NCBI RefSeq assembly: GCF_000020385.1
Contig: NC_010814.1
Coordinates: forward strand, 3,870,001-3,902,000
DNA length: 32,000 nt
Origin: Trichlorobacter lovleyi SZ
GTDB lineage: Bacteria; Desulfobacterota; Desulfuromonadia; Geobacterales; Pseudopelobacteraceae
Direction: 5' to 3'
Shown: positions 8,458-17,865 of the stretch, piece by piece
Numbering within the stretch: the first letter of the stretch is position 1
How the letters are laid out: the number at the start of each line of letters is the position of its first letter
Notes under the pieces: generated by a model
The model's database searches: none
Seen by the model: only the letters and a program-made list of their open reading frames with translations
What the model was told of the DNA's origin: nothing
Program-made: the position numbers and the translations under genes

Positions 8458-9746
8458 TCCGGTGTCCCCTCCTCCTGCTCTTTTTCCTGCTGTTCGCGTT
8501 GTTTTTTTCTCAATACCTTTTCGGCAGCCATGGCAGCCGAGGCCTCGCGTTGCGCCCGCAACAGCTCACTGCCGGTATGGGCCGTACTGGCCCCCATACA
8601 GAAAAAGACTGCCGGAGCATGTTCTGAGGCACGTGCCACTGCCGCCCTGAAGCGAATCAGGCCGGTTGCCGTCTGCTGTTCATCAAGCCCCGGCAGTAGA
8701 ATTGCAAAGCCATCGCCACCGGTACGGGAGACCAGGTCTTCGGCCCGGAACCCCTCTTTCAGCAGGCGGGCCGCCTTCATCAGGATCAGATCCCCCTGCT
8801 CGCGCCCCTGTTCGTCATTGGTCAGCTGAAGATTATCAAGAGAGGCGATCACCACGCTGACCGGGAAACGCCGACCACGGGAAAGACGCTCAAACTCGGT
8901 GTCAAAGTAGGCCCGGTTATAGAGGCCGGTCATCGGGTCATGGACCGTCAGATAGGCCAGCTGTTTCTCTCGCTGACGCCGTTCCGAGACATCATGGCCG
9001 ACACTCAGGATTTCCAGCCGCCCCTTTTCATCATAGGCAGGCGAATTATTCCAGGCCACCCAGATCCGGCTGCCGTCCCAGCAGATAGTTTCATGTTCAG
9101 AGGTACGAAACTGTTCAGGATTCGCCCCTATTTCCGCAATTAGCTGCCGCAGACTCTGACCGGTACTCTCGATCTCCGGTACTATCGTCCCCACCAGGTG
9201 ACGGCCGACCAGCTCTTCCGGCAAAAATCCGAAAAATTCGCAGGTATGGGAATTAGCAAAGGTAATGATCCCATCGCTGGTCCAACGCAGGATGAAACTG
9301 CTGGAACGCTCCACCAGTTCACGGTAGTTGCGTTCGGAAAGCCGCATCCGCTCTTCAATCCGCACCCTGTCAGCAATGTTGCGGGTTACCCCCTGAAAAC
9401 CGACCAGGTCACCGGCATCATTACGGATGGCAGCAACGGTCACCTCAGACGGAATCAGCCGGCCGGCCTTACTGATAATCTGGATCTCGAGCAGACGCTG
9501 GCCAAGCTTCTTGCCGCTCAGCTCATCGGCCATCCTGGCGGCCAGGCGGGCCAGAACAAAATCTCGGGAGGCGGGGGCAAGCAGCTCCGTCAGCGTGCGC
9601 CCCAGCAGTTCTTCCGGGTTGTAGCCGAACTGCTCTGTGACCGCAGGATTCAGGTAGCTGAAACGCAGCTCGTGATCAGTCCGCCAGATCACATCCGGAC
9701 TGTTCTCCACCAGGGTTTGATAGAGTGAGCAGGATTCAGAACGCAT
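8454..9746 (-). CDS. PAS-PAS-GGDEF protein with degenerate active site (GGDGF) and intact RxxD I-site
   Basis: Two PAS-like blocks (LVENSPDVIWRTD... and LVERSSSFILRWTSDG...). The GGDEF domain reads RAEDLVSRTGGDGF: GGTGGCGATGGCTTT on the minus strand at 8720-8706, with RAED at 8747-8736. Start chosen at ATG 9746, 1 nt after the V4R stop. The 43-codon extension in the ORF track would overlap the V4R gene. Confidence 0.8.
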   Translation of the reverse strand: MRSESCSLYQTLVENSPDVIWRTDHELRFSYLNPAVTEQFGYNPEELLGRTLTELLAPASRDFVLARLAARMADELSGKKLGQRLLEIQIISKAGRLIPSEVTVAAIRNDAGDLVGFQGVTRNIADRVRIEERMRLSERNYRELVERSSSFILRWTSDGIITFANSHTCEFFGFLPEELVGRHLVGTIVPEIESTGQSLRQLIAEIGANPEQFRTSEHETICWDGSRIWVAWNNSPAYDEKGRLEILSVGHDVSERRQREKQLAYLTVHDPMTGLYNRAYFDTEFERLSRGRRFPVSVVIASLDNLQLTNDEQGREQGDLILMKAARLLKEGFRAEDLVSRTGGDGFAILLPGLDEQQTATGLIRFRAAVARASEHAPAVFFCMGASTAHTGSELLRAQREASAAMAAEKVLRKKQREQQEKEQEEGTPE

Positions 9747-9747
9747 A

Positions 9748-10275
9748 TCACACCTCGCAGGCGGTTGCCACAAAACGGCAGGTCCGGGCACCGTTGGCCC
9801 AGCAGTCCACCTCGCGCACCACAAAGGGCCGGCCGCTGTAGCTCTCCAGCAGGGCCGCAACAAATCCTTCATCATAGGTACAGATCGTATTGTCCAGCAC
9901 CGGCAGACCTGAACAATCCAGATCCTCGGAAACCGTCACCACAAACCGCCCGTCAATCAGGTCTGCCTCTTCAATCGCCAGAATGCCGATCCCCAGATCT
10001 CGCAAGGCCTGTCCGAGCCGCTTGCTAAAGAGATGCAGGTCAGCCACCGGCCCGACCAGCTGGTCGTAGAAATGCTTACCGGCCAGGTAACCTGACTCAT
10101 ACAGCAAGCTGTCGGTAACCGTAGTACCGTAGTGCCGTTCCAGCACCTCCCGCAGGGTAAACTGCATCAGACGGTACGCTTCGACCCGCATCTGCGGTCC
10201 CAGAGAGGGACGGCCAACGGCAAGATCACCAAGCAACTCCCAGCTAAAGGGATGATTACATTGCACATCAGACAT
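9748..10275 (-). CDS. V4R (4-vinyl reductase-type) small-molecule-binding domain protein
   Basis: 175 aa. The C-terminal block EDLDCSGLP...[13 protein letters not shown]...[11 protein letters not shown] matches the Cys-containing V4R pattern as I recall it. Its ATG overlaps the rlmN stop by 8 nt (ATGTCTGA, 10275-10268). Confidence 0.7.
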   Translation of the reverse strand: MSDVQCNHPFSWELLGDLAVGRPSLGPQMRVEAYRLMQFTLREVLERHYGTTVTDSLLYESGYLAGKHFYDQLVGPVADLHLFSKRLGQALRDLGIGILAIEEADLIDGRFVVTVSEDLDCSGLPVLDNTICTYDEGFVAALLESYSGRPFVVREVDCWANGARTCRFVATACEV

Positions 10276-11323
10276 CGGGAGACTCCTGGGACGGTTTGCG
10301 ATCCAGCTTTCCCTTCAGTTGTCCACAGGCAGCGGATATATCGCTACCGCGGCTGTCACGGGTGATTACGGTAAAATGGCGATCCAGCAGATACTTGTGG
10401 AACGCATCCAGCGCAGCACGGCTGGGAGGCCTGAAATCAGCCCCTTCATGGGGATTGAACGGTATCAGATTGATCTTACAGGGGATATCGGATAACAGCC
10501 GCACCAGCCGCTTGGCATCCTCCGGCGTATCATTCAGCCCGCCCAGCAGGACATATTCAATGGTGATCTTGCGCCGTCCCGGCAGGGGGTAGTTTTTCAA
10601 GGCAGCCAGCAGCGTCGCGATCGGGTAGGCCTTGTTGACCGGCATGATCCGGTCCCGCAACTCGTCAGTAGTGGCATTCAGGGAGACGGCCAGGTTGACG
10701 GTCACCTCACGCCCCAACCGCTCCAGCTCCGGCACCAGCCCGCAGGTAGAGACCGTCACCCGCCGGGAGGAGAGCTGCAGCCCGTTATCCTCCGCCATGA
10801 TCTGCAGGGCCGGGATGACATTGTCCAGGTTGTGCAACGGCTCTCCCATCCCCATCATCACGATGTTGCGCACCTCCACATCCCGCTGCACCGCCAGGAT
10901 CTGGTTAACGATCTCGGCGGTCGTCAGATTACGCGTCAGACTGAAGGTACCGGTCAGGCAGAAGGCACACTGCATGGCGCAACCGGCCTGGGATGAAATA
11001 CAGAGGGTGTTGCGATCTTCGTCGGGAATGATCACCGACTCCACGGCATTGCCATCTTCAAGCATGAACAGGTACTTGCGGGTACCGTCACTGCCCACCT
11101 CAACGGTCTCAGGCTCAAGACGGCTGATACAGGCGGTCCGGACAAGCTCGGCACGCAGCGCCTTGGAGACATTGGTCATCTCGTCAAAGCTGCTGACGTC
11201 GTGTTGATAGAGCCACTTGAAGATCTGGGTTGCGCGATAGCGCTCTTTGCCCTGCCCCTGTAGAAACTGCTCCAGAGCAGGCAGGGTCAGGTTTTTGAGG
11301 TCGGTTCGGAGGGAATCGGGCAT
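10268..11323 (-). CDS. rlmN: 23S rRNA/tRNA adenine-C2 methyltransferase (radical SAM)
   Basis: Radical-SAM CxxxCxxC (GCAMQCAFC), [11 protein letters not shown]-terminal block, MGMGEPL, and the C-terminal [10 protein letters not shown] with catalytic Cys. ATG at 11323; GTG at 11332 is an alternative start. Confidence 0.9.
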   Translation of the reverse strand: MPDSLRTDLKNLTLPALEQFLQGQGKERYRATQIFKWLYQHDVSSFDEMTNVSKALRAELVRTACISRLEPETVEVGSDGTRKYLFMLEDGNAVESVIIPDEDRNTLCISSQAGCAMQCAFCLTGTFSLTRNLTTAEIVNQILAVQRDVEVRNIVMMGMGEPLHNLDNVIPALQIMAEDNGLQLSSRRVTVSTCGLVPELERLGREVTVNLAVSLNATTDELRDRIMPVNKAYPIATLLAALKNYPLPGRRKITIEYVLLGGLNDTPEDAKRLVRLLSDIPCKINLIPFNPHEGADFRPPSRAALDAFHKYLLDRHFTVITRDSRGSDISAACGQLKGKLDRKPSQESPDV

Positions 11324-11332
11324 ACGCCGCAC

Positions 11333-11368
11333 AAAAAAGCGGCCCTGTCACCAGTGTGAAAGGGCCGC
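11333..11368 (-). terminator. rho-independent terminator after ndk
   Basis: The minus strand reads GCGGCCCT, a 14-nt loop, AGGGCCGC, then TTTTTT (stem arms 11368-11361 and 11346-11339, U-run 11338-11333). It begins 10 nt after the ndk stop. Confidence 0.7.
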
Positions 11369-11378
11369 TTCCTTATGG

Positions 11379-11795
11379 TTAGCCCACCAGCTCGAAGCTG
11401 TTGAAGAAATAGGGGATCTCAAAGGCTGCGGTCTCAGGCGCGTCTGAGCCGTGGGATGAGTTCTCTTCGATATTCTTTGCAAACTCCTTACGGATGGTGC
11501 CGGGCTCTGCATTGGCAGGGTTGGTGGCACCCATCAGGGTCCGCCAGTCAGCAATGGCATTCTCTTTCTGGAGGCACATCACGATCACCGGTGAACGGGA
11601 CATGAAGCTGCAGAGGTCGTTGAAGAACGGACGCTCTTTGTGAACATAGTAGAAACCTTCAGCCTGGGCACGGGAAAGATGGATTTTCTTCATGCCGACG
11701 ATGGCAAAACCGGCTTCTTCAATCTTGGTGATGATTTTGCCGGACAGGCCCCGCTCAACGGCATCCGGCTTGATGATAGCAAAGGTACGTTCCAT
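11379..11795 (-). CDS. ndk: nucleoside diphosphate kinase
   Basis: [14 protein letters not shown]-terminus, the [10 protein letters not shown] block, and the active-site His context NSSHGSD. Confidence 0.95.
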   Translation of the reverse strand: MERTFAIIKPDAVERGLSGKIITKIEEAGFAIVGMKKIHLSRAQAEGFYYVHKERPFFNDLCSFMSRSPVIVMCLQKENAIADWRTLMGATNPANAEPGTIRKEFAKNIEENSSHGSDAPETAAFEIPYFFNSFELVG

Positions 11796-11835
11796 AACTT
11801 TTCTCCTTCATAATTCAAGTGGCAATGAAAGGATG

Positions 11836-11865
11836 CTCATAGCATGTGACTGCGTGAAATGTCAA
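11836..11865 (-). promoter_or_regulatory. candidate sigma-70 promoter for ndk
   Basis: The minus strand reads TTGACA (11865-11860), an 18-nt spacer, then TATGAG (11841-11836). A GAAGGAG SD follows, just before ATG 11795. Pattern match only. Confidence 0.35.
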
Positions 11866-11978
11866 GCTGTTACGGGCTGCCGGCATGATACCGGGAAACG
11901 TCATGTCTGTCACTTGAGCAGCCTGAAATATACCTCAACTATGCGTTAAGTGATTGCCAATACAGTCTGTTACGTTCT

Positions 11979-13373
11979 ATGCTGCTGCCCATGTCCAAAC
12001 AACAACCCGCCACACCAGCGACCGGCTCACCCCGCCAGGCCGCCTATACGACCCTGCAGCGGCTGTCCGGCAGTGACCTGCACGCCGATGATCTGATCGA
12101 TCAGGAGTTGTCCCGCAACCAGCTGCAGGGACCGGACCGTGGCCTGTTTGCCGAGTTGGTCTTCGGCGTGCTGCGCCGCCAGGGGACCCTTGATCATTAC
12201 CTGAAACAGCTGGTGCAGCAGCCCCTGGAACGGCTGGAGCTGCCGGTACTGCTGCTGTTGCGCCTCGGGCTGTACCAACTGCGCTATCTGGACCGGGTGC
12301 CCAGCCACGCTGCTGTGCATGCCACTGTAGAGCTGACCAACGAAATCCTGCCGCGTGCCAAGGGATTGATCAACGGCGTCCTGCGCAGCTACCTGCGCCG
12401 GCAGGAGTCTCTGACACTTCCCGACCCGGCCCGGCAACCGGCGGCCTGGCTGGCTGCTGCCTATTCACTGCCTGGCTGGCTGGCTGAACAGTGGTTACAG
12501 CAGTTTTCCCAAAACGAGGCAGCCGGGCTTGCTGCCGCCTCCACAGAGATTCCACCTCTAACCCTGCGGGTCAACACCCTCAGAATCAGCCGTAGCGCCC
12601 TGCTGGAACGTTTCCATGCCGCTGAACTTGCCGCTGAACCATGCCGCTTTGCGCCTGAAGGAATACAGCTTCTGCAACGCTGCCAGATTACCGGTCTACC
12701 CGGTTTTGATGAAGGCCTGTTTATGGTGCAGGATGAGGCATCACAACTGGTGGCCCACCTGCTGGCGCCCCAAACCGGCGAACAGATCCTTGATATGTGC
12801 GCTGCACCGGGCGGTAAGGCCACCCATCTGGCGCAGTTGATGAATGACCGCGGCTGCATTACCGCAACGGATCTGAACGCCCGCCGGATCCGACGGATCT
12901 GTGAATCGGCGCAGCGACTCGGCCTGACAAGCATTCAGGCCGTGGCTGCTGATGCCCTAACCAGCGATTATCTGGAAGGACTGCAGTTCGACCGGATTCT
13001 ACTGGATGCCCCCTGTTCCGGCCTGGGTGTCATCCGCCGTAACCCGGAAGCAAAATGGCGGTTAACCCCTGCCGAGATCAGCCGTTGCGCCGCCCGCCAG
13101 CACCTGTTGATTGATGCAGCTGCCGCCCGGTTAAAACCAGCTGGCGTGCTGGTCTATGCCACCTGCTCCACTGCAATGGAAGAAGATGAAACCGTAATTA
13201 AGGATTTTCTTTCACGCCATCCAGAGTTTGTGGTAGAAAATGGCGCTCAGTTCTTTCCTGCATGGACCGATCTGTTTGATTGCTCCGGCTATCTGCGGGC
13301 CTGGCCCCACCGCCACGGGACCGATGGTTTTTTTGCTGCACGCTTACGCAGGGTTATGCAAAGCCCCTCATAA
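11979..13373 (+). CDS. rsmB: 16S rRNA (cytosine-C5)-methyltransferase, RsmB/Sun type
   Basis: N-terminal NusB-like region, SAM motif DMCAAPGGKATHL, and catalytic-Cys motifs DAPCSGLGV and YATCS. ATG at 11991 is an alternative start. Confidence 0.85.
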   Translation: MLLPMSKQQPATPATGSPRQAAYTTLQRLSGSDLHADDLIDQELSRNQLQGPDRGLFAELVFGVLRRQGTLDHYLKQLVQQPLERLELPVLLLLRLGLYQLRYLDRVPSHAAVHATVELTNEILPRAKGLINGVLRSYLRRQESLTLPDPARQPAAWLAAAYSLPGWLAEQWLQQFSQNEAAGLAAASTEIPPLTLRVNTLRISRSALLERFHAAELAAEPCRFAPEGIQLLQRCQITGLPGFDEGLFMVQDEASQLVAHLLAPQTGEQILDMCAAPGGKATHLAQLMNDRGCITATDLNARRIRRICESAQRLGLTSIQAVAADALTSDYLEGLQFDRILLDAPCSGLGVIRRNPEAKWRLTPAEISRCAARQHLLIDAAAARLKPAGVLVYATCSTAMEEDETVIKDFLSRHPEFVVENGAQFFPAWTDLFDCSGYLRAWPHRHGTDGFFAARLRRVMQSPS

Positions 13374-13383
13374 GGAATAACCG

Positions 13384-14049
13384 ATGAAAAAGATAGCACC
13401 ATCCATACTTTCCGCTGATTTTTCCCGTCTGGGCGACGAAGTCCGGGCTGTTGAGGCTGCCGGTGCCGACTACATCCATATTGATGTCATGGATGGCCGC
13501 TTTGTACCAAACATCACCATCGGCCCATTGGTGGTGGAGGCGGTACGCAAGGTAACCAGCCTGCCGCTGGATGTGCACCTGATGATTGAAGAACCGGAAC
13601 GGTATGTGGAAGAGTTTGCCAAGGCCGGGGCCGATATTATCGTGGTGCATGCCGAGGCCTGCCGCCACCTGCACCGGGTGGTGCAGCAGATCAAGGGGCT
13701 GGGCAAGAAGGCCGGCGTCTCCCTGAACCCGGCGACACCATTGCATGTGCTGGACTATGTCCTGGAAGAGCTTGATCTGGTGCTGCTGATGACCGTTAAC
13801 CCCGGCTTTGGCGGCCAGTCGTTTATTGAGGCCTGCATCCCCAAGATTCAAGCCCTGCGTGGCATGCTGGACCGCCGCGGTTGTGAGGCAGAGCTGGAGA
13901 TAGACGGCGGTGCCAAGCCATCCAATGTCGCCCGGATCGCCCATGCCGGGGCTGATGTCCTGGTTGCCGGCAGTGCCGTATTCGGCAGCAATGACTACGC
14001 TGCCACCATTGCTGAAATGAAGCGCCTGATGCAGGAACCTCGCCTGTAA
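13384..14049 (+). CDS. rpe: ribulose-phosphate 3-epimerase
   Basis: [34 protein letters not shown] and EIDGG blocks are diagnostic of Rpe. Confidence 0.92.
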   Translation: MKKIAPSILSADFSRLGDEVRAVEAAGADYIHIDVMDGRFVPNITIGPLVVEAVRKVTSLPLDVHLMIEEPERYVEEFAKAGADIIVVHAEACRHLHRVVQQIKGLGKKAGVSLNPATPLHVLDYVLEELDLVLLMTVNPGFGGQSFIEACIPKIQALRGMLDRRGCEAELEIDGGAKPSNVARIAHAGADVLVAGSAVFGSNDYAATIAEMKRLMQEPRL

Positions 14050-14062
14050 AAAAGGGAGTCTT

Positions 14063-14995
14063 ATGGCCGACAGTGTACTGATCATTGACGATTCTGAAGC
14101 TGTCCGGGAAAAGATCATCAAGACCCTGGAGTCCCGTGATCTTTTTTCCCGTTTCTATCAGGCCGAAGACGGCCTGGAGGGGTTCAAAAAGCTGCTGGCT
14201 TCGCCGGTGGATATCATCCTCTGCGACCTTGAAATGCCTCGCATGGACGGCTTCAAGTTCCTGGGGATGCTGAAGGGACGACCGGAAGTATCCGATACCC
14301 CGGTCATCATCCTGACCGGCAACGATGACCGCGAGTTGAAGATCAAGGGGCTTGAGCAGGGGGCCTGCGACTTCATCACCAAGCCGTTTGATCCGGAGGA
14401 ACTGGTGGCCCGGATGCGGGTGCATCTCAAGATCAAGCATCTGCAGGACGACCTGAAACGATCCAATGAACTGCTGCTGGAGCTGTCCAACACCGACCAC
14501 CTGACCGGCCTGTTCAACCGCCGTTTCCTGATGGAGGCGCTGGATAAAGAGGTGCAACGGGCACGGCGCAAGGATGGCCAGGTAGCACTGCTGTTGATGG
14601 ATATCGACCACTTCAAACGGGTCAACGACACCCACGGCCATCTACAGGGTGACGTGGTGCTGCAGAAGGTGGCGCTGCATATCCAGAAAGAGCTGCGCAG
14701 CTATGATATTGCAGCCCGCTATGGCGGCGAGGAGTTTGTTGCCGTACTGCCGGATACCTCGTTGAAAGAGGCCTTTAATGTGGCAGACCGGATCCGCCTT
14801 TCCGTGCAGGGGATGCATTTTGCCGGTTCTCTTGCCAATGAGCGGGTCACGGTCAGCCTGGGGGTTGCCCTCTTTCCTTCACCCTGCTTTGATGATATTG
14901 ACGGTCTGCTGCGGGCCGCCGACGAGGCGCTCTACCAGGCCAAGGAGCGGGGCCGTAACCGGGTCATCATCAGTGATCCCGGCTGCTCACAGTAA
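14063..14995 (+). CDS. response-regulator diguanylate cyclase (REC + GGDEF, PleD-like)
   Basis: Receiver motifs VLIIDDSE and IILCDLEMPRMDG. Canonical GGDEF domain with DIDHFKRVNDTHGHLQGD, I-site RSYD, and A-site GGEEF five residues after it. Confidence 0.85.
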   Translation: MADSVLIIDDSEAVREKIIKTLESRDLFSRFYQAEDGLEGFKKLLASPVDIILCDLEMPRMDGFKFLGMLKGRPEVSDTPVIILTGNDDRELKIKGLEQGACDFITKPFDPEELVARMRVHLKIKHLQDDLKRSNELLLELSNTDHLTGLFNRRFLMEALDKEVQRARRKDGQVALLLMDIDHFKRVNDTHGHLQGDVVLQKVALHIQKELRSYDIAARYGGEEFVAVLPDTSLKEAFNVADRIRLSVQGMHFAGSLANERVTVSLGVALFPSPCFDDIDGLLRAADEALYQAKERGRNRVIISDPGCSQ

Positions 14996-15042
14996 CCGGC
15001 TCGTGCAGTAGTGCAACATTCTACCTGACAGGACAGTTGACG

Positions 15043-16500
15043 ATGTCACGATTCAAGCAATCTGTTTTTTTCCTGCTGTCGGCGGCCCTGGTCGCCGTTT
15101 TTTTATCACTGCCGGCCTTTGCCGCAGCTGCAGCCCACCAGCTTACAGCTCCCCCGCTGGGAGAACGCTGGTTTGCCATTCTGATCGATAACGAGCAGGT
15201 CGGATTTTACCGGCAACTGACCACACCGTTGCCGGAAGGCGGCTACCGGATTGAAGGCGATGGCAGTGTCCGGATGAAGGTAATGGGCTTTACCAAAGAG
15301 TCCAGCTCCCGGGAGATCTACCAGGTTGGACCAAATCTGGCTTTGAAATCGCTGGAGGTGGAACAGACCATCAACGGCAGCAAATCCCGCCTGAGTGGCA
15401 AGATGGTTCCTGGCGGGCTGCAGATCAAACGGGAGGCAGACGGCAAAAGCAGTGTGAAAACCTTGAAGACCAAGTCCGAACTGTTTCCCGGGCCGGCCTT
15501 GAACCTGATACCGCTCTTCAAAGGTACTGCGCCGGGGAAAACCCTGCGGGTATTCAGCTTTGACCCGGAAGAGCTGGCGATCAAGGAGGTCAAGATCACC
15601 GCGCTGGGGGAGGAGAAGACCCCGGACGGACAGCCTGCCCTGAAGCTGCGCAACAACCTGTATCCCTTTGTTGACAACGACATCTGGCTTGATCAGCAGG
15701 GCAATACCCTGCTGGAATCGGTGCGGGATGGCCTGGTGATTACCAGGGCAGAACCGTCGGAAAAGTTGGCCGGTTTTGTCAGCGGCATGGCCCTCTCAAA
15801 AAAGGATCTGATCTATGATTTCAGCCTGGTTCGGATCAGTCCGCCCCTGAAAAAAGCCCCGGCAAAACTTGCTGGACTATCTGTAGCCATCACCGGCTAC
15901 GGCGATCAGATCCCCTTGCTTAGTAGCGGTTGGCAACAGCTTGAGCGTCAGCAGGGCAGGGTGGTCATTACTACCGGCAGCCTGCGTAAGCCGGCTGACA
16001 CACTACTCAAGCAGACAGCTGAAGCCTACCTGCAGCCATCGGAGGGGATTGAGTCTGCCTCGGCAGAGATTTCAGCCAAGGCCAGGGAGTTGACCGGCAG
16101 CCTAAAGACCGATCTGGAGCGGATTCAAGCATTGACCACCTGGACCTCCAGCTGGCTTGAGGACAGCATTGAAGATGGCGGTAGCGCCGTGGTGGCACTC
16201 AACAAAAAGAAGGGCAATTGCCAGACCCATGCCAAGCTGTACACCGCTCTGGCCCGTGCTGCAGGCATCCCGACCCGTTTTGTCTCCGGCCTGGTTTCAC
16301 AGGACGGGGCCGGTTTTTTATACCACAGCTGGGCAGAAAGCCTGGTGGAGGGACGCTGGCTAGCGGTTGACCCCACCTTTAATCAGGTTCCGGCTGATCC
16401 GACCCATCTGGCCTTGTTTGAAGGCAACCGGTTGGCTGATCTGGCACCACTGGTGGGGGTAATCGGCAAAATCAAGGTGACGATACTGGAAGAACAATAA
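15043..16500 (+). CDS. exported transglutaminase-like (Cys-His-Asp core) protein
   Basis: Signal-peptide-like N-terminus (FFLLSAALVAVFLSLPAFAAAAA). C-terminal core is GNCQTHAKLYTALARAAGIPTRFVSGL ... YHSWAE ... VDPT. TTG at 15037 is an alternative start. Confidence 0.7.
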   Translation: MSRFKQSVFFLLSAALVAVFLSLPAFAAAAAHQLTAPPLGERWFAILIDNEQVGFYRQLTTPLPEGGYRIEGDGSVRMKVMGFTKESSSREIYQVGPNLALKSLEVEQTINGSKSRLSGKMVPGGLQIKREADGKSSVKTLKTKSELFPGPALNLIPLFKGTAPGKTLRVFSFDPEELAIKEVKITALGEEKTPDGQPALKLRNNLYPFVDNDIWLDQQGNTLLESVRDGLVITRAEPSEKLAGFVSGMALSKKDLIYDFSLVRISPPLKKAPAKLAGLSVAITGYGDQIPLLSSGWQQLERQQGRVVITTGSLRKPADTLLKQTAEAYLQPSEGIESASAEISAKARELTGSLKTDLERIQALTTWTSSWLEDSIEDGGSAVVALNKKKGNCQTHAKLYTALARAAGIPTRFVSGLVSQDGAGFLYHSWAESLVEGRWLAVDPTFNQVPADPTHLALFEGNRLADLAPLVGVIGKIKVTILEEQ

Positions 16501-16587
16501 CATGACCTTATTCCGATTTCAGTTCAACAGTACGTTGAGGAGCCGATGACGAGCCAACGAAGATTGCGCCTTGAAATGGAATCGGAA

Positions 16588-17865
16588 CTACCGTTGTAAC
16601 AGCTGTTCAATCCTCTGCTGATCAATACTCTCAATCGGCCCGATAACCCCCAGAAAACGGTTTTCGGGCCGAAACAGTTCTGCTGCCAGCTCTTGCAACT
16701 CTTTTGCTGAAACCTGCGCAACCAGCTGCTGATCCTCATCAATGCTGCGGGCCACCCCCATCAAGGTGCCCCAGCCAAACCTGATCCCCATCTCACTGAC
16801 CGAATCACGGCTGTAATCCAGATCTGCCAGATAGACGGTTCTGACCCGCTCCAGCTCCTGTTCCGGTACTGGGGACGCTGCCAGTAACCGCAACTCTTCC
16901 AGAGTTGCTTTCAACACCGTTACCAGATTTTCAGGTGCGGTTGAGAGATCAATCGAAAGGCAGCCGGTTTCATCATAGCTGCCGATCGAGGCATCAACCG
17001 AATAGATCAGACCCAATCGTTCCCGTAACGCCAGATGCAGCCGCGAGCAGCCGCCTCCAGCCAGAATCCTCCGCAGCAGCTTCAGGGCGGTCAGCTCCGG
17101 TGCCGCACGGTGGCAGGCCCTGAAGGCCAGCTGCATGGTCATCTGGCTGTCTGAATCCCTGACAAAGCGACAATTGGGGCCATCAGCAGGAGATGCGGCA
17201 ACCGGCTGGACAACCGGCAGGGCCGCCCCCTGCCACCCCCCCAGAAAACGCTCGGCAGCCTCAACCATCAGCCCGTGCTGCACAGGGCCGGCGGTTACCA
17301 CCACGGCATTGTTGGGACGATACCAGGTGGCAAGGTGCTGTCGCAGATCAGCCTCGCTTATCCGGGCAATATCCTCCAGGCTGCCCACCGTGGATTCCCC
17401 CAGCGGATGGTCAGGCCAGAGCATCCGTCCCACCACCACATCAGGACTGATCTCGTCTCCCTCCTGGCTGATGTCCTCCAGCGCCTCTTCACCGATAATC
17501 CGACGCTCCAGCTCGATCCCCTCCAAACGTGGCCGCAGCAGCATGGAGGCCAGGATTTCAAGCCCCTGGACGGCAAAACGGGGGTGGATCCTGCCGTAGT
17601 AGCAGGTCGAATCAGCATCGGTGGCAGCATTGATTCCGCCCCCCAATGACTCAAAGGCAGCCTCAATCTCAAGCGAACTGGCGTAGTCGGCAGTACCGCG
17701 AAACAGCATATGCTCCAGAAAGTGGGACAACCCGGTTTTCCCGGCCGGATCGTTACGGCCACCCACCTTCAGGTAGACCGCTACATCGGCGCTGTGCAGG
17801 TGGGACAACTCCACCGTAACCACCTGCAGACCATTGGCCAGGGTTGTACAGCAGGGCCTTTTCAT
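16588..17865 (-). CDS. M16-family (pitrilysin/insulinase-like) zinc peptidase
   Basis: Inverted zinc motif HxxEH in GLSHFLEHMLFRGT, with the two-domain length typical of M16. Its ATG overlaps the HIT gene's stop (ATGA at 17865-17862). Confidence 0.8.
   Translation of the reverse strand: MKRPCCTTLANGLQVVTVELSHLHSADVAVYLKVGGRNDPAGKTGLSHFLEHMLFRGTADYASSLEIEAAFESLGGGINAATDADSTCYYGRIHPRFAVQGLEILASMLLRPRLEGIELERRIIGEEALEDISQEGDEISPDVVVGRMLWPDHPLGESTVGSLEDIARISEADLRQHLATWYRPNNAVVVTAGPVQHGLMVEAAERFLGGWQGAALPVVQPVAASPADGPNCRFVRDSDSQMTMQLAFRACHRAAPELTALKLLRRILAGGGCSRLHLALRERLGLIYSVDASIGSYDETGCLSIDLSTAPENLVTVLKATLEELRLLAASPVPEQELERVRTVYLADLDYSRDSVSEMGIRFGWGTLMGVARSIDEDQQLVAQVSAKELQELAAELFRPENRFLGVIGPIESIDQQRIEQLLQR

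Noticed and set aside
6601-8829. Long plus-strand ORFs (6601-7488, 295 aa; 7741-8829, 362 aa) antisense to the PfkB, mtnP and GGDEF genes.
   Set aside because: Their translations are low-complexity and Gly/Arg/Pro/His-rich with no recognisable motifs. The opposite strand carries clear family signatures. These are typical shadow ORFs of GC-rich coding DNA.
9747-9875. 43-codon N-terminal extension of the PAS-GGDEF ORF given in the ORF track.
   Set aside because: It would overlap the 3' end of the V4R gene by about 130 nt and encodes a Trp/Pro/Ala-rich junk-like peptide. An ATG at 9746, right after the V4R stop, precedes the first PAS block.
12440-12660. Short tandem-looking repeats inside rsmB: CCTGGCTGGCTG twice near 12446-12487, and GCCGCTGAAC and CATGCCGCT twice near 12616-12650.
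   Set aside because: They lie in frame within a well-supported CDS and encode Ala/Leu-rich helices (AAWLAAAY..PGWLAEQW; HAAELAAEPC). This reflects codon and amino-acid bias, not a repeat element.
13354-14641. Minus-strand ORFs 13354-14121 (255 aa) and 13823-14641 (272 aa) antisense to rpe and the REC-GGDEF gene.
   Set aside because: Same reasoning: the plus-strand genes have diagnostic motifs and the antisense products have none. They also cross gene boundaries.
16501-16587. Weak inverted repeat TTCCGATT (16511-16518) / AATCGGAA (16580-16587) in the spacer between the convergent transglutaminase-like and M16 genes.
   Set aside because: Only 8 bp, with an interrupted extension and no U-run. 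This is within chance for a spacer, so I mention it only as a possible relative of the 18301-18440 element.
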